Origin: an uncultured Erythrobacter sp.
GTDB lineage: Bacteria > Pseudomonadota > Alphaproteobacteria > Sphingomonadales > Sphingomonadaceae
NCBI RefSeq assembly: GCF_947499705.1
Contig: NZ_CANMPJ010000002.1
Coordinates: 676,688-740,687 of the forward strand
DNA: 64,000 nucleotides
Reading direction: 5' to 3'
Position 1 is the first letter of the stretch. Every line of letters begins with the position of its first letter. Positions 39,909 to 52,563 of the stretch are shown here, one piece after another. A model generated the notes under the pieces. That model was not told the origin of the DNA, made no database searches, and saw only the letters and a list, made by a program, of their open reading frames with translations. A program made the translations under genes and the position numbers.

Positions 39909-39970
39909 TTCGTTTCCTTCTCACTACAGCGGCAAACGGTTCAAGTTCCTGAACGGTTGGATAAATCCGA

Positions 39971-44167
<4,197 letters not shown>

Positions 44168-44203
44168 CAGTCCGCCGCCGAACAGCTCTTCGACCTTCAG
44201 GTG

Positions 44204-44575
44204 TCAGGCCGCCGCTAGTGTGGTTTGCGCCTCTTCATTCTCACTGACCAAAACAACAGCGATCACGGCAACGCCCATGACGAGGTAAAAGGTCTGCGTA
44301 ATGCCGGTCAGGCCAAGCAGGAATGACAGGGCGACAAAGGCAGTGCCTGCCATCAGGTCAATCGCGAGATGTAGGCTGAATGGGATGATCCGCCGCGCGC
44401 TTGCCGAATAATCGGTGATCAGGCTGTACGCGATAAGAGCGATGCCTGCGACAATTGGAATGGCGGTAACCAGGCTAGCGGTTCCAGCAGGGAAAAGCAC
44501 AAGTGGACCGACAATCAAACCGATTGCTGCCAGGTAATCGATAATTCCGTGGAATTTGGTATTAAGAAATTTCAT
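44204..44575 (-). CDS. SPW-repeat-like small membrane protein
   Basis: HGIIDY, YSLITDY, IP..LHLAID motifs; four TM segments. Confidence 0.75.
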   Translation of the reverse strand: MKFLNTKFHGIIDYLAAIGLIVGPLVLFPAGTASLVTAIPIVAGIALIAYSLITDYSASARRIIPFSLHLAIDLMAGTAFVALSFLLGLTGITQTFYLVMGVAVIAVVLVSENEEAQTTLAAA

Positions 44576-44640
44576 GACGACCTCTCTGAATAACTTACGC
44601 TGTGTTTGCGTTGTCACCTTATTCGCCGCCACCGCTCATT

Positions 44641-44658
44641 TCGTTACATACGCAACTA
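44641..44658. promoter_or_regulatory. Imperfect palindrome, possible MarR-type operator upstream of the SPW gene
   Basis: tcgttac-atac-gcaacta (5/7 arm match) in an AT-rich promoter zone. Confidence 0.3.
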
Positions 44659-44689
44659 AATAAAATTTGAGCTTCGGATATGTCTTTTA

Positions 44690-44736
44690 AAGCAAAGGAG
44701 CCGGGAAAGCGGCAGTTTTTGCGCTTCCCGGCTCCT
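44690..44736 (-). terminator. Terminator hairpin downstream of the 27-aa ORF
   Basis: aggagccgggaa..gcg / cgc.ttcccggctcct stem followed by UUGCUUU on the minus strand. Confidence 0.75.
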
Positions 44737-44763
44737 GGTTATTGGATTGCCTTAACGTCGGGG

Positions 44764-44847
44764 TCAGGCGATCAGCGAGTTGAATGAAACTGCGCTGATG
44801 CTGAGAGCAATGACGAACGAGATCGCCTTTTCAGTGAAGATGTCCAT
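44764..44847 (-). CDS. Small hydrophobic protein MDIFTEKAISFVIALSISAVSFNSLIA (27 aa), absent from the ORF track
   Basis: AGGAG 8 nt before ATG, one hydrophobic helix, terminator about 30 nt after the stop. Confidence 0.7.
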   Translation of the reverse strand: MDIFTEKAISFVIALSISAVSFNSLIA

Positions 44848-44997
44848 GTTTCGTACTCCTGTAATTCTGCGCGGCGGTGCGCCGTGCTCACAGGGACAAA
44901 TACGACCGCATGCGTAATACTGTTACTCTCCGATGCATGATGATTACCGATCAACGCAATCGCATAATCCGATCAACTATCTTCTAATTGGGTGATT

Positions 44998-45335
44998 GAG
45001 ACGCGGCCACCTGTTGGGGGGGGAGGACTGTGGTGGCCGCGTCTCGCTCGCTGCGTCGCCGGTGGTGGAGGGTTGATCCCAATACGCTCATCCGGGCGTA
45101 TCGAACCCTCGGCCCGAAAGCTGGGCCATGTCACCATATCGAGGCCCTCAGCGTGGGGGAGACGCTGAATGTGCGATCAAGCGAGCGGGGGAAGGCGCTG
45201 GAACACCTTGCTCACAATCAGATCGCCGGGCCGCGCTTCGGCGGTTAGCAGGCTGGCAAGCCCATCGCCGCTGTTGCGGTCTTGAACTGCCAAGCGACAA
45301 GGGTCGGCTGGAGAGAGGTGCCTGAACCCGTGTCG
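44998..45335 (-). ncRNA. Candidate structured RNA with several C-rich hairpin loops
   Basis: Stems at 44998-45045 (14 bp perfect), 45068-45110, 45148-45168, about 45180-45199 and 45295-45335; no convincing ORF; strand inferred. Confidence 0.45.
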
Positions 45336-45437
45336 TGAGAGCCAAATGGTGTTCTGTTGCATCGAACGCAAATGCGAAAATGCGCAGTTTGGTTGCGTTT
45401 TTTGCAACTCACATTCCATGTGCGGGTGGAGCAACGC

Positions 45438-45468
45438 AAAACGACCGCCGGATTACTCCGACGGCCGC
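45438..45468 (-). terminator. Rho-independent terminator downstream of the UrcA-family gene
   Basis: Minus strand cggccgucgga-GUAA-uccggcggucg-UUUU; 11-bp stem whose two G-U pairs form only on this strand. Confidence 0.8.
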
Positions 45469-45521
45469 CCTGAATTGCAAAATTTGCCAGTGACTTAAGT
45501 CAATGACTTAGTCGGTGCGCC

Positions 45522-45855
45522 TTAGTTGGCGGCAACCTGACGGCCGCCGCGTGCATCAGTAGCTGCAATACGCTCGGCTTCGTTCAGCGCGGCGGTGCGA
45601 GCTTCGGCGACGCACTTTTGATCCACGATGTCGCGGCCATAGCCATAGCGCGAGTTGGTTTCGATGGTGCAGGCATCGCGCAGACGGGCTTCGACGCGCT
45701 TTTCGAGTTTCGCACGACCTTCGGCAGTGGAAAGGTCGATGTCGCCATAGGCGATCGAAACGGTGATGGTCTTGTCAGCGGCCAGCGGCCAGCGGTGCAG
45801 CAGCGACAGGTGCAGCGACAGCGGCAAGGGCAATAAGGGGAAGGGTGAAACGCAT
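45522..45855 (-). pseudogene. UrcA-family secreted protein, frameshifted by a 7-bp tandem duplication
   Basis: Signal peptide MRFTLPLIALAAVAAPVAAAPLAA is out of frame with ADKTITVSIAYGDIDLSTAEGRAKLEKRVEARLRDAC...C; 334 nt = 327 + 7. Confidence 0.85.
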
Positions 45856-45903
45856 GATCTGAAACTCCAGTTGTAATTGTGCGACGCACAAGATCATTGT
45901 GCA

Positions 45904-45928
45904 AATGCGAAGGTGGATGATTGGTTCC
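45904..45928 (-). promoter_or_regulatory. Putative EcfG/sigmaT (general stress response) promoter of the UrcA gene
   Basis: GGAAC-N16-CATT on the minus strand, 49 nt upstream of the ATG. Confidence 0.5.
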
Positions 45929-46037
45929 AGACAAAAGGCGCGTGATTTGGTGCAGTTATCGCGGCACCCGTTCGCTTCGGTGCAATAGCTGCGCTGCCAT
46001 GCTGGACAGCGTCGGGGAGCAACCGTAACTCCCCGCC

Positions 46038-47612
46038 ATGGACGCAGAGCATCTCCCAGATTCGATCCTGATCGTCGATTTCGGCAGTCAGGTAACCCAG
46101 CTGATCGCGCGCCGCGTGCGCGAAGCCGGGGTCTATTCCGAAATCGCGCCGTTCAGCATGGCCGAGGAAGCATTCCGGCGGATGAAGCCTAAAGGGATCA
46201 TCCTCTCCGGCTCCCCGGCGAGTGTACCCGACGAACGATCGCCCCGCGCGCCGCAGAGCTTCTTCGAGGCGGGCATTCCGATCCTCGGCATTTGTTATGG
46301 CCAGCAAGTGATGAGCGCGCAACTGGGCGGGGAAGTGCGCCCCGGTCATGAAACCGGCGAAGGCGGCGAGTTTGGCCGCGCCTACCTGACCGTCACCAAG
46401 GAATGCGCTTTGTTCGACGGTCTCTGGAAAGAAGGCGAACGCCATCAGGTCTGGATGAGCCACGGCGACAAGGTCACCCAGTTCGCACCTGGTTTCGAGA
46501 TAGTCGCCACATCCGACGGCGCGCCTTTCGCGGTGATCGCCGATGAGGAACGCAAGTTCTACGGCACCCAGTTCCACCCGGAGGTCGTCCACACCCCTGA
46601 TGGCGGGAAGCTGCTCGCCAATTTCGTGCGGCATGTCTGCGGGCTCAAGGGCGACTGGACCATGGCCGAGTTCCGCAAGACCAAGATTGAGGAAATCCGC
46701 GCGCAGGTTGGTTCTGGCCGCGTGATCTGCGGATTGTCCGGCGGTGTCGATTCAGCAGTTGCCGCCGTGCTGATCCACGAAGCGATCGGCGATCAGCTCA
46801 CTTGTGTCTTCGTCGACCACGGGCTGATGCGGATGAATGAAGCCGAACAGGTCGTTGCCCTGTTCCGCGACAGTTACAATATCCCGCTCGTCCACGTGAA
46901 CGCGGAAGAAGAATTTCTGGGTGGATTGGCGGGCCAGACCGACCCGGAAAAGAAGCGCAAATTCATCGGCGGCGCGTTTATCGACCTGTTCGAGAAAGAA
47001 GCCAAAGCCGTCGGCGGGGCGGATTTCCTCGCGCAGGGTACGCTCTATCCCGACGTGATCGAGAGTGTCTCGTTCACCGGCGGACCAAGCGTGACGATCA
47101 AGAGCCACCACAATGTCGGCGGCCTACCAGAGCGCATGAATATGCAGCTGGTCGAGCCGCTGCGCGAACTTTTCAAGGATGAAGTGCGCGAATTGGGCCG
47201 GGAACTCGGCCTGCCCGAAGCCTTTGTTGGGCGTCACCCTTTCCCGGGCCCCGGCCTTGCGATCCGCATCCCCGGTGAAGTGACCAAAGAACGCTGCGAC
47301 ATCCTGCGCAAGGCAGATGCGATCTACCTCGAAGAGATCCGCAATGCCGGGCTGTACGATGCGATCTGGCAGGCCTTCGCGGTGCTGCTGCCGGTCAAGA
47401 CCGTCGGCGTAATGGGCGACGGGCGGACATATGACAGCGTCTGCGGCCTGCGCGCTGTAACCTCAACCGATGGCATGACGGCGGATGTATACCCCTTCGA
47501 CGCGAGCTTCCTGACGCAGGTGGCGACACGGATCGTCAACGAGGTGCAGGGGATTAACCGGGTGGTATATGACTATACCAGCAAACCGCCGGGAACCATC
47601 GAGTGGGAGTGA
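46038..47612 (+). CDS. guaA: GMP synthase (glutamine-hydrolysing)
   Basis: [44 protein letters not shown]. Confidence 0.98.
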   Translation: MDAEHLPDSILIVDFGSQVTQLIARRVREAGVYSEIAPFSMAEEAFRRMKPKGIILSGSPASVPDERSPRAPQSFFEAGIPILGICYGQQVMSAQLGGEVRPGHETGEGGEFGRAYLTVTKECALFDGLWKEGERHQVWMSHGDKVTQFAPGFEIVATSDGAPFAVIADEERKFYGTQFHPEVVHTPDGGKLLANFVRHVCGLKGDWTMAEFRKTKIEEIRAQVGSGRVICGLSGGVDSAVAAVLIHEAIGDQLTCVFVDHGLMRMNEAEQVVALFRDSYNIPLVHVNAEEEFLGGLAGQTDPEKKRKFIGGAFIDLFEKEAKAVGGADFLAQGTLYPDVIESVSFTGGPSVTIKSHHNVGGLPERMNMQLVEPLRELFKDEVRELGRELGLPEAFVGRHPFPGPGLAIRIPGEVTKERCDILRKADAIYLEEIRNAGLYDAIWQAFAVLLPVKTVGVMGDGRTYDSVCGLRAVTSTDGMTADVYPFDASFLTQVATRIVNEVQGINRVVYDYTSKPPGTIEWE

Positions 47613-47616
47613 GACT

Positions 47617-48006
47617 GTGACGAAATGCTACATCACCGTCGGGTCGAATGATCTTGAGCAATCGTTCAAATTCTACGACCCCGTCATGTCCGCCTTGGGT
47701 GCCAAGGTTTCTGGTGACTTCGAAGGCATGACCCGCAGCTATGCGATGCCCGATGGTTTTCAGCTGTGGGTTACCAAGACCCAGAATGGCGAAGCGGCCG
47801 CGCCTGGTAACGGACACACGGCCGGGCTTCATGTCGAGGACACGTCCATCGTCGATGCGGCGCACGCCGCAGCCTTGGCGAATGGCGGCACGGATGAGGG
47901 CGCCCCGGGGCCGCGACCAATGTATGGCCCCAACGTCTATGGAGCCTATGCGCGCGATCCAGACGGCAACAAGCTTGCCTTCATGACATTTACGATTGGC
48001 GACTGA
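47617..48006 (+). CDS. VOC/glyoxalase family protein
   Basis: YITVGSNDL...FYD, APGNG, YARDPDGNKL; GTG start. Confidence 0.88.
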   Translation: MTKCYITVGSNDLEQSFKFYDPVMSALGAKVSGDFEGMTRSYAMPDGFQLWVTKTQNGEAAAPGNGHTAGLHVEDTSIVDAAHAAALANGGTDEGAPGPRPMYGPNVYGAYARDPDGNKLAFMTFTIGD

Positions 48007-48148
48007 CGGTCTGGATTGAGCGAGCCAGCCGAGGCTGGCTCCGCGCGACGATCAGATCTTGTTTGCGCTGCAAGTCGCAACCATTGAGCGCTCTCGGCAT
48101 TGTGGTACCAAACACCACGCAATTCAAAGTCGAAACAAAGGTCTTTTT

Positions 48149-48763
48149 GTGATCAAACCCATCAAAGTCGCCGTTGTCGCCGCACTAGTCGGCCTTGCTG
48201 CCTGCTCCCCCGCCGAAACCGAAGCGCCCACGCCGCTTGCGGAAGGCACTTGGAGCATCGACAGCGAGGCCTCGCGCCTCTCTTACGTCACTGTCAAATC
48301 GGGCGAGATTGCTGAGGCCAACGATTTCACCGGCCTGACCGGCACGGTTGCTCCGGACGGTGCGGCGACAATCGAGATCGATCTCGCCACGGTCAGCACC
48401 GGTGTGGATATTCGTGATGAGCGGATGCGCGAGGTGTTCTTCGACGTTGCCAAATTCCCGACCGCGACGATTACCGCACAGGTCGATCCCGCTGCATTCG
48501 AAGCACTTGGTGTGGGTGAGAGCACCGTGCAAACGCTCGCCGCGACAGTCGCGGTGAAGGGTGTCTCGACCAACATCAACGCAGAGCTGGAAGTCACCCG
48601 CGTGGCTGACAACCGCGTGCTCGCCGTCTCGACCGAGCCGGTGATCATCTATGCCGACGCGCTCGACCTGACCGAGGGACTGGACCAGCTTCAGGAACTT
48701 GCCGGACTCCCTTCGATCACACCCGCTGTGCCTGTGACATTCTCGCTCGCTTTCGAGCGGTAA
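48149..48763 (+). CDS. YceI-family lipoprotein
   Basis: LAAC lipobox, WSID...S.L, STGVDIRDERM, VPVTFSL; start approximate. Confidence 0.85.
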   Translation: MIKPIKVAVVAALVGLAACSPAETEAPTPLAEGTWSIDSEASRLSYVTVKSGEIAEANDFTGLTGTVAPDGAATIEIDLATVSTGVDIRDERMREVFFDVAKFPTATITAQVDPAAFEALGVGESTVQTLAATVAVKGVSTNINAELEVTRVADNRVLAVSTEPVIIYADALDLTEGLDQLQELAGLPSITPAVPVTFSLAFER

Positions 48764-48770
48764 GCGGCTT

Positions 48771-49301
48771 TTGCCGACAATTTTCACCCACGCGGTCGTG
48801 CCGTTGGCGGTCGCTGCCGCAGCGGGAGGCGCGCGGATCTCGCCGAAACTGGCAGCCGCTGGTGCGGTGTTTGCGATCCTTCCCGATGCCGATGTGGCGG
48901 GCTTCGCGCTCGGGATCGAATATGCCGACGAATGGGGGCACCGCGGCGCGACTCACTCGATTGCCTTTGCGGGAATATGCGCTGGGGGTCTGGCGCTGGT
49001 CTGGCGAGAGGCGCGCAGCCTTACCGCGTTCCTGTTCCTCACTTTCGCGATGGCGAGCCACGGACTGCTCGATACGCTGACCAGCGGCGGGTTGGGCGCG
49101 GCCTTATGGTGGCCTTGGGACAACACCCGCATTTTTGCGCCCTACACGCCCATTAGGGTCTCGCCGATTGGGCTCAATTTCTTCTCGGCGCGCGGATTGG
49201 CCACGCTCATGTCCGAGCTGAAATGGGTCTGGCTCCCCTGTCTCGCTTTCGCGCTGGCAGGCTGGGGCGTGCGGCGCGCAATTCGAACTCATGCAGCTTG
49301 A
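48771..49301 (+). CDS. Membrane metal-dependent hydrolase (YdjM-like)
   Basis: THA, LPDAD, GHRGATHS, SHGLLD motifs; TTG start. Confidence 0.85.
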   Translation: MPTIFTHAVVPLAVAAAAGGARISPKLAAAGAVFAILPDADVAGFALGIEYADEWGHRGATHSIAFAGICAGGLALVWREARSLTAFLFLTFAMASHGLLDTLTSGGLGAALWWPWDNTRIFAPYTPIRVSPIGLNFFSARGLATLMSELKWVWLPCLAFALAGWGVRRAIRTHAA

Positions 49302-49992
49302 TCTCGGCCCGGATGACCGCACCGATGTGCTGCGCCGCTCGCAGCCCGCGCTGATCGAGCGGTTCGGACGGATCGTTCGCCCGCCGGACAAGCGCCGTGA
49401 TCCGGTATGGGTGCTGGTCCACGGGGTGATCGGAGCGCAGACCAAGACTGCTGCTTCCAACGCCTCGACCGATGCGCTGATCGCCGAATACGGATCGTGG
49501 GATGCGGTTGCAGAGGCGCCGGTTGCCGACCTCGAAGCGCGGCTTCAACGTCAGACTTTTCCAAGCGTTGCGGCGAAGCGGCTCAATCAGTGCCTTGGCG
49601 CAATCATCGCGGAAAGGGGCAGCGTCGATCTGAGGCACCTCTCCAACTACGACACCGCCGAAGCGATTGTATGGCTCGAAACGCTCCCTGGTGTAGCCCG
49701 CAAGAATGCCGCCGGAGTGATGAACGCCAGCACGTTCAATCGCCGCGCGATGGTGATCGACGGGCATCACCGCCGGATTATGCAGCGCATGGGGATTGTC
49801 CCGGCCAAAGCCGATACCGCCAAGACATATGACGCGCTGATGCCAATTGTGCCCGAAGAATGGTCGGCTGCTGATATGGACGAGCATCACTTGCTGCTGA
49901 AAAAACTCGGCCAAACCCACTGCCGTCCGCGCAGGGCCGAATGCGAAGGCTGCCCGGTGCGCGCGGATTGCGAGACTGGCCGAAACTCGTGA
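49291..49992 (+). CDS. Endonuclease III-like HhH-GPD glycosylase, copy 1 (intact)
   Basis: LPGVARK HhH, IDGH, C-x6-C-x2-C-x5-C 4Fe-4S motif. Confidence 0.88.
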   Translation: MQLDLGPDDRTDVLRRSQPALIERFGRIVRPPDKRRDPVWVLVHGVIGAQTKTAASNASTDALIAEYGSWDAVAEAPVADLEARLQRQTFPSVAAKRLNQCLGAIIAERGSVDLRHLSNYDTAEAIVWLETLPGVARKNAAGVMNASTFNRRAMVIDGHHRRIMQRMGIVPAKADTAKTYDALMPIVPEEWSAADMDEHHLLLKKLGQTHCRPRRAECEGCPVRADCETGRNS

Positions 49993-50843
49993 CCAAATCG
50001 AATGCGCTGCTGACAGCGGTACTCGCAACCTTCGCCATTGCGGCGTTCGCCGGCAACTCGCTGCTCGCGCGGGCTGCGCTGGCGGATGGCGCGATCGAGG
50101 CGGGGGCGTATTCCGCCATTCGGCTGGCGGCGGGCGCAATCGTCTTGCTGCCATTCCTTGGCGCGAAACCGACTCGGGCGGACCTGCCAGGCGCTGCGGC
50201 GCTGACCGTCTATGTCGCAGGGTTTTCGGTCGCTTATCTCAGCCTCGAAGCCGGGATTGGTGCCGTTGTTTTGTTCGGCTTCGTGCAGGCGACGATTCTC
50301 GGCGCGGGCGTCTGGCGCGGCGAGCGATTGCTGATTTCAGGCTGGTTCGGCGTTGTTATCGCGCTGGCCGGAATGGTCTGGCTGATCGCACCGTGGGAGG
50401 CTGCCCGGATCGGACCTTCGGCCCTGATGCCAAGCCTGTTGATGGCAGCAGCGGGGATCGCGTGGGGAGCCTACACCTTGATCGGGCGCGGGTCGGCCAG
50501 TCTGGCCGGAGGAGCCACCGGCAGCACGGCGCGCAACTTCCTGATAGCCAGCATCCTCGTTCTGCCGATGCTGCTGCTCGATAGCGATTTGCCCAGTCAG
50601 CAGGGTGTGGTTCTCGCAATTATCTCGGGCGCGGTGACTTCGGGCCTGGGCTATGTCCTCTGGTACAAGGTTACGCCGAGATTGGGCCTTGCGACGGTTG
50701 CCAGCGTGCAATTGGCTACTCCGATAGCAGCGGCATTCGGCGGGGCGCTCTTTCTGGCCGAGCCGCTAACCGCGCGCTTGGCAATTGGTGGAGGCCTGAT
50801 CATCGGCGGGATTGTGCTGACATTGATCAAAACAAAAGTTTGA
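49989..50843 (+). CDS. DMT/EamA family transporter
   Basis: About 10 TM segments, GTGA overlap, SGLGYVLWY, QLATP. Confidence 0.88.
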   Translation: MTKSNALLTAVLATFAIAAFAGNSLLARAALADGAIEAGAYSAIRLAAGAIVLLPFLGAKPTRADLPGAAALTVYVAGFSVAYLSLEAGIGAVVLFGFVQATILGAGVWRGERLLISGWFGVVIALAGMVWLIAPWEAARIGPSALMPSLLMAAAGIAWGAYTLIGRGSASLAGGATGSTARNFLIASILVLPMLLLDSDLPSQQGVVLAIISGAVTSGLGYVLWYKVTPRLGLATVASVQLATPIAAAFGGALFLAEPLTARLAIGGGLIIGGIVLTLIKTKV

Positions 50844-50892
50844 AGCAATTTTCCAACGTCGCTCGTAGCTAAGCGCAACAAAGGAGACAGGT

Positions 50893-52563
50893 ATGTTGCG
50901 AGCGGTCATTGGAGTCTTTGTTTCAATGGCGGCGCTTATGTCGGCCATAGCAACCAAAGCAGAACCACTGTCTGCCAACGAACAGCGGCGGATCGATGCG
51001 ATTTTTGCCGGGCTTCAGACGGAAAATGTGCCGGGTGTTGCGGTTGGCATTGTACGCGATGGCGAGACCGTGCTGGCGCGGTATGCCGGGCTGGCAGATA
51101 TGTCGCACAAGACGCCGCTCGGGCCGGAAAGTCGTTTTAACATTGCCTCGAATGCTAAGCAGTATGTCGCGCTAATGACGCTCGATCTGGCCGTTCAGGG
51201 TCAAATCGACCTTGATTCCGATTTCCGCACCTATCTCCCCGGTGTTCTGCCGGAGATCGAGCAAACGATTACGGTAACCCATCTCATCACGCACACCAGC
51301 GGTGTCCGGGACATCTATGACCTTTGGGGCCTCACTGGGCTGACGTGGTACGAAAACCGCCTTCGTAATCGCGACGCTATCGATTTGCTCAATCGTCAGA
51401 CTGGCCTGAACTTCGCGCCTGGCAGCGCATATCTCTACAGCAATTCGAACTACATCATTCTCGCCGAATTGATTGCTGCAGCATCGGGCGAGGATTTCGA
51501 CGACTATGCCGGCGCGTTTTTCGAAGGGCTCGATATGGCAAGCACCGGATGGCGCGGTCGCTATGGCGAGATCGTGCCCAACCGCGCGCGCGCCTACGGC
51601 AATTACGGCCAATGGTTTGAAGATCCCGCGATTGCCAATCTGTTTGGCGATGGGTTTCTGTTCACGACCTTGCCGGATCAGCTTGCATGGGAGCAGCAAT
51701 TGCAGCGCGCAGGCTCTTCGTTGTCAGCGGACCTGATCGCTCAGAGCCAGTCCCGTCCCGATGCCAACCTCCCCGGCGAATATGGCTACGGGCTTGAAGT
51801 CGGCACCTATCGGGGTCTCGCGCGGGTCTCGCATGTCGGTAGCACGGGCGGATACAACGCATTCCTCAGCCGGTTCCCGGAGCACAACCTCGCGATTGTC
51901 GTAATCGGCAACACGGCCGAAATCGGTGTCGTACCGCTCGGAAATGCCATCAGCGATGCGCTGCTAGCCGACGAGTTTCAGGCCGACGCCACCTTCCCTG
52001 CAGGGCCCGCGCAACTGCAATCGAGGCCCGCCAACGCTGACGTACTCGGCCTGTATGATGTCGACAGCGGAACACTGATCCGGGTGGTCGAACGCGATGG
52101 CGAGCTATTCCGCGAAATTGAAGGCCGCGATCCCGTGCGGCTGATCCATGAAGAGGGGAATCTGTTCGCCTATGAAAGCAATGCCGACCTCAAGATGGCG
52201 TTTGATCGCGATCAGGACGGCGAAGCACGGATGCGCATCTTTTTCCCGCAGCAGGCCACTCTGATCGGCAGCCGGCTACCCGCGCTCACGCTCGATGGTA
52301 ACGAGGGCGATCAAATTCTGGGCCGGTATCGCAATGACGAGACCGGGTTCGCCCTGTCTGTCGAGGCGGTCGAGGGCGATGTCGTGACGGTTCGCGCCGG
52401 AGGAAATCGGTTCGACGGCCGCCTGGTCGCTCCCAATGACATTCGCGCAGGCAATTACCGGCTGCGGCTGGAGCGAGATGAAACCGGTCAGGTGGACGGA
52501 ATGAGGCTCGACGGAAACCGCATCCGCGACGTGGCGCTTGAGCGAGTGGACGGGGATGCTTGA
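50893..52563 (+). CDS. Serine hydrolase (beta-lactamase/class C-like) with C-terminal extension
   Basis: Signal peptide, SNAK (SxxK), YSN, HVG. Confidence 0.9.
   Translation: MLRAVIGVFVSMAALMSAIATKAEPLSANEQRRIDAIFAGLQTENVPGVAVGIVRDGETVLARYAGLADMSHKTPLGPESRFNIASNAKQYVALMTLDLAVQGQIDLDSDFRTYLPGVLPEIEQTITVTHLITHTSGVRDIYDLWGLTGLTWYENRLRNRDAIDLLNRQTGLNFAPGSAYLYSNSNYIILAELIAAASGEDFDDYAGAFFEGLDMASTGWRGRYGEIVPNRARAYGNYGQWFEDPAIANLFGDGFLFTTLPDQLAWEQQLQRAGSSLSADLIAQSQSRPDANLPGEYGYGLEVGTYRGLARVSHVGSTGGYNAFLSRFPEHNLAIVVIGNTAEIGVVPLGNAISDALLADEFQADATFPAGPAQLQSRPANADVLGLYDVDSGTLIRVVERDGELFREIEGRDPVRLIHEEGNLFAYESNADLKMAFDRDQDGEARMRIFFPQQATLIGSRLPALTLDGNEGDQILGRYRNDETGFALSVEAVEGDVVTVRAGGNRFDGRLVAPNDIRAGNYRLRLERDETGQVDGMRLDGNRIRDVALERVDGDA

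Noticed and set aside
45170-45340. Cobalamin riboswitch, 6S RNA, tmRNA or RNase P identity for the structured region
   Set aside because: Only a GGGAAGGC-like fragment is present; other hallmark motifs and the usual gene contexts are missing.
45148-45345. 65-aa minus-strand ORF (TTG start) over the hairpin region
   Set aside because: No RBS, Ser/Arg/Pro-rich composition, no domain; structure explains the region better.
47590-47612. Genomic island integrated at the guaA 3' end, a known hotspot
   Set aside because: No integrase follows, and I saw no duplicated guaA 3' end downstream in the window.
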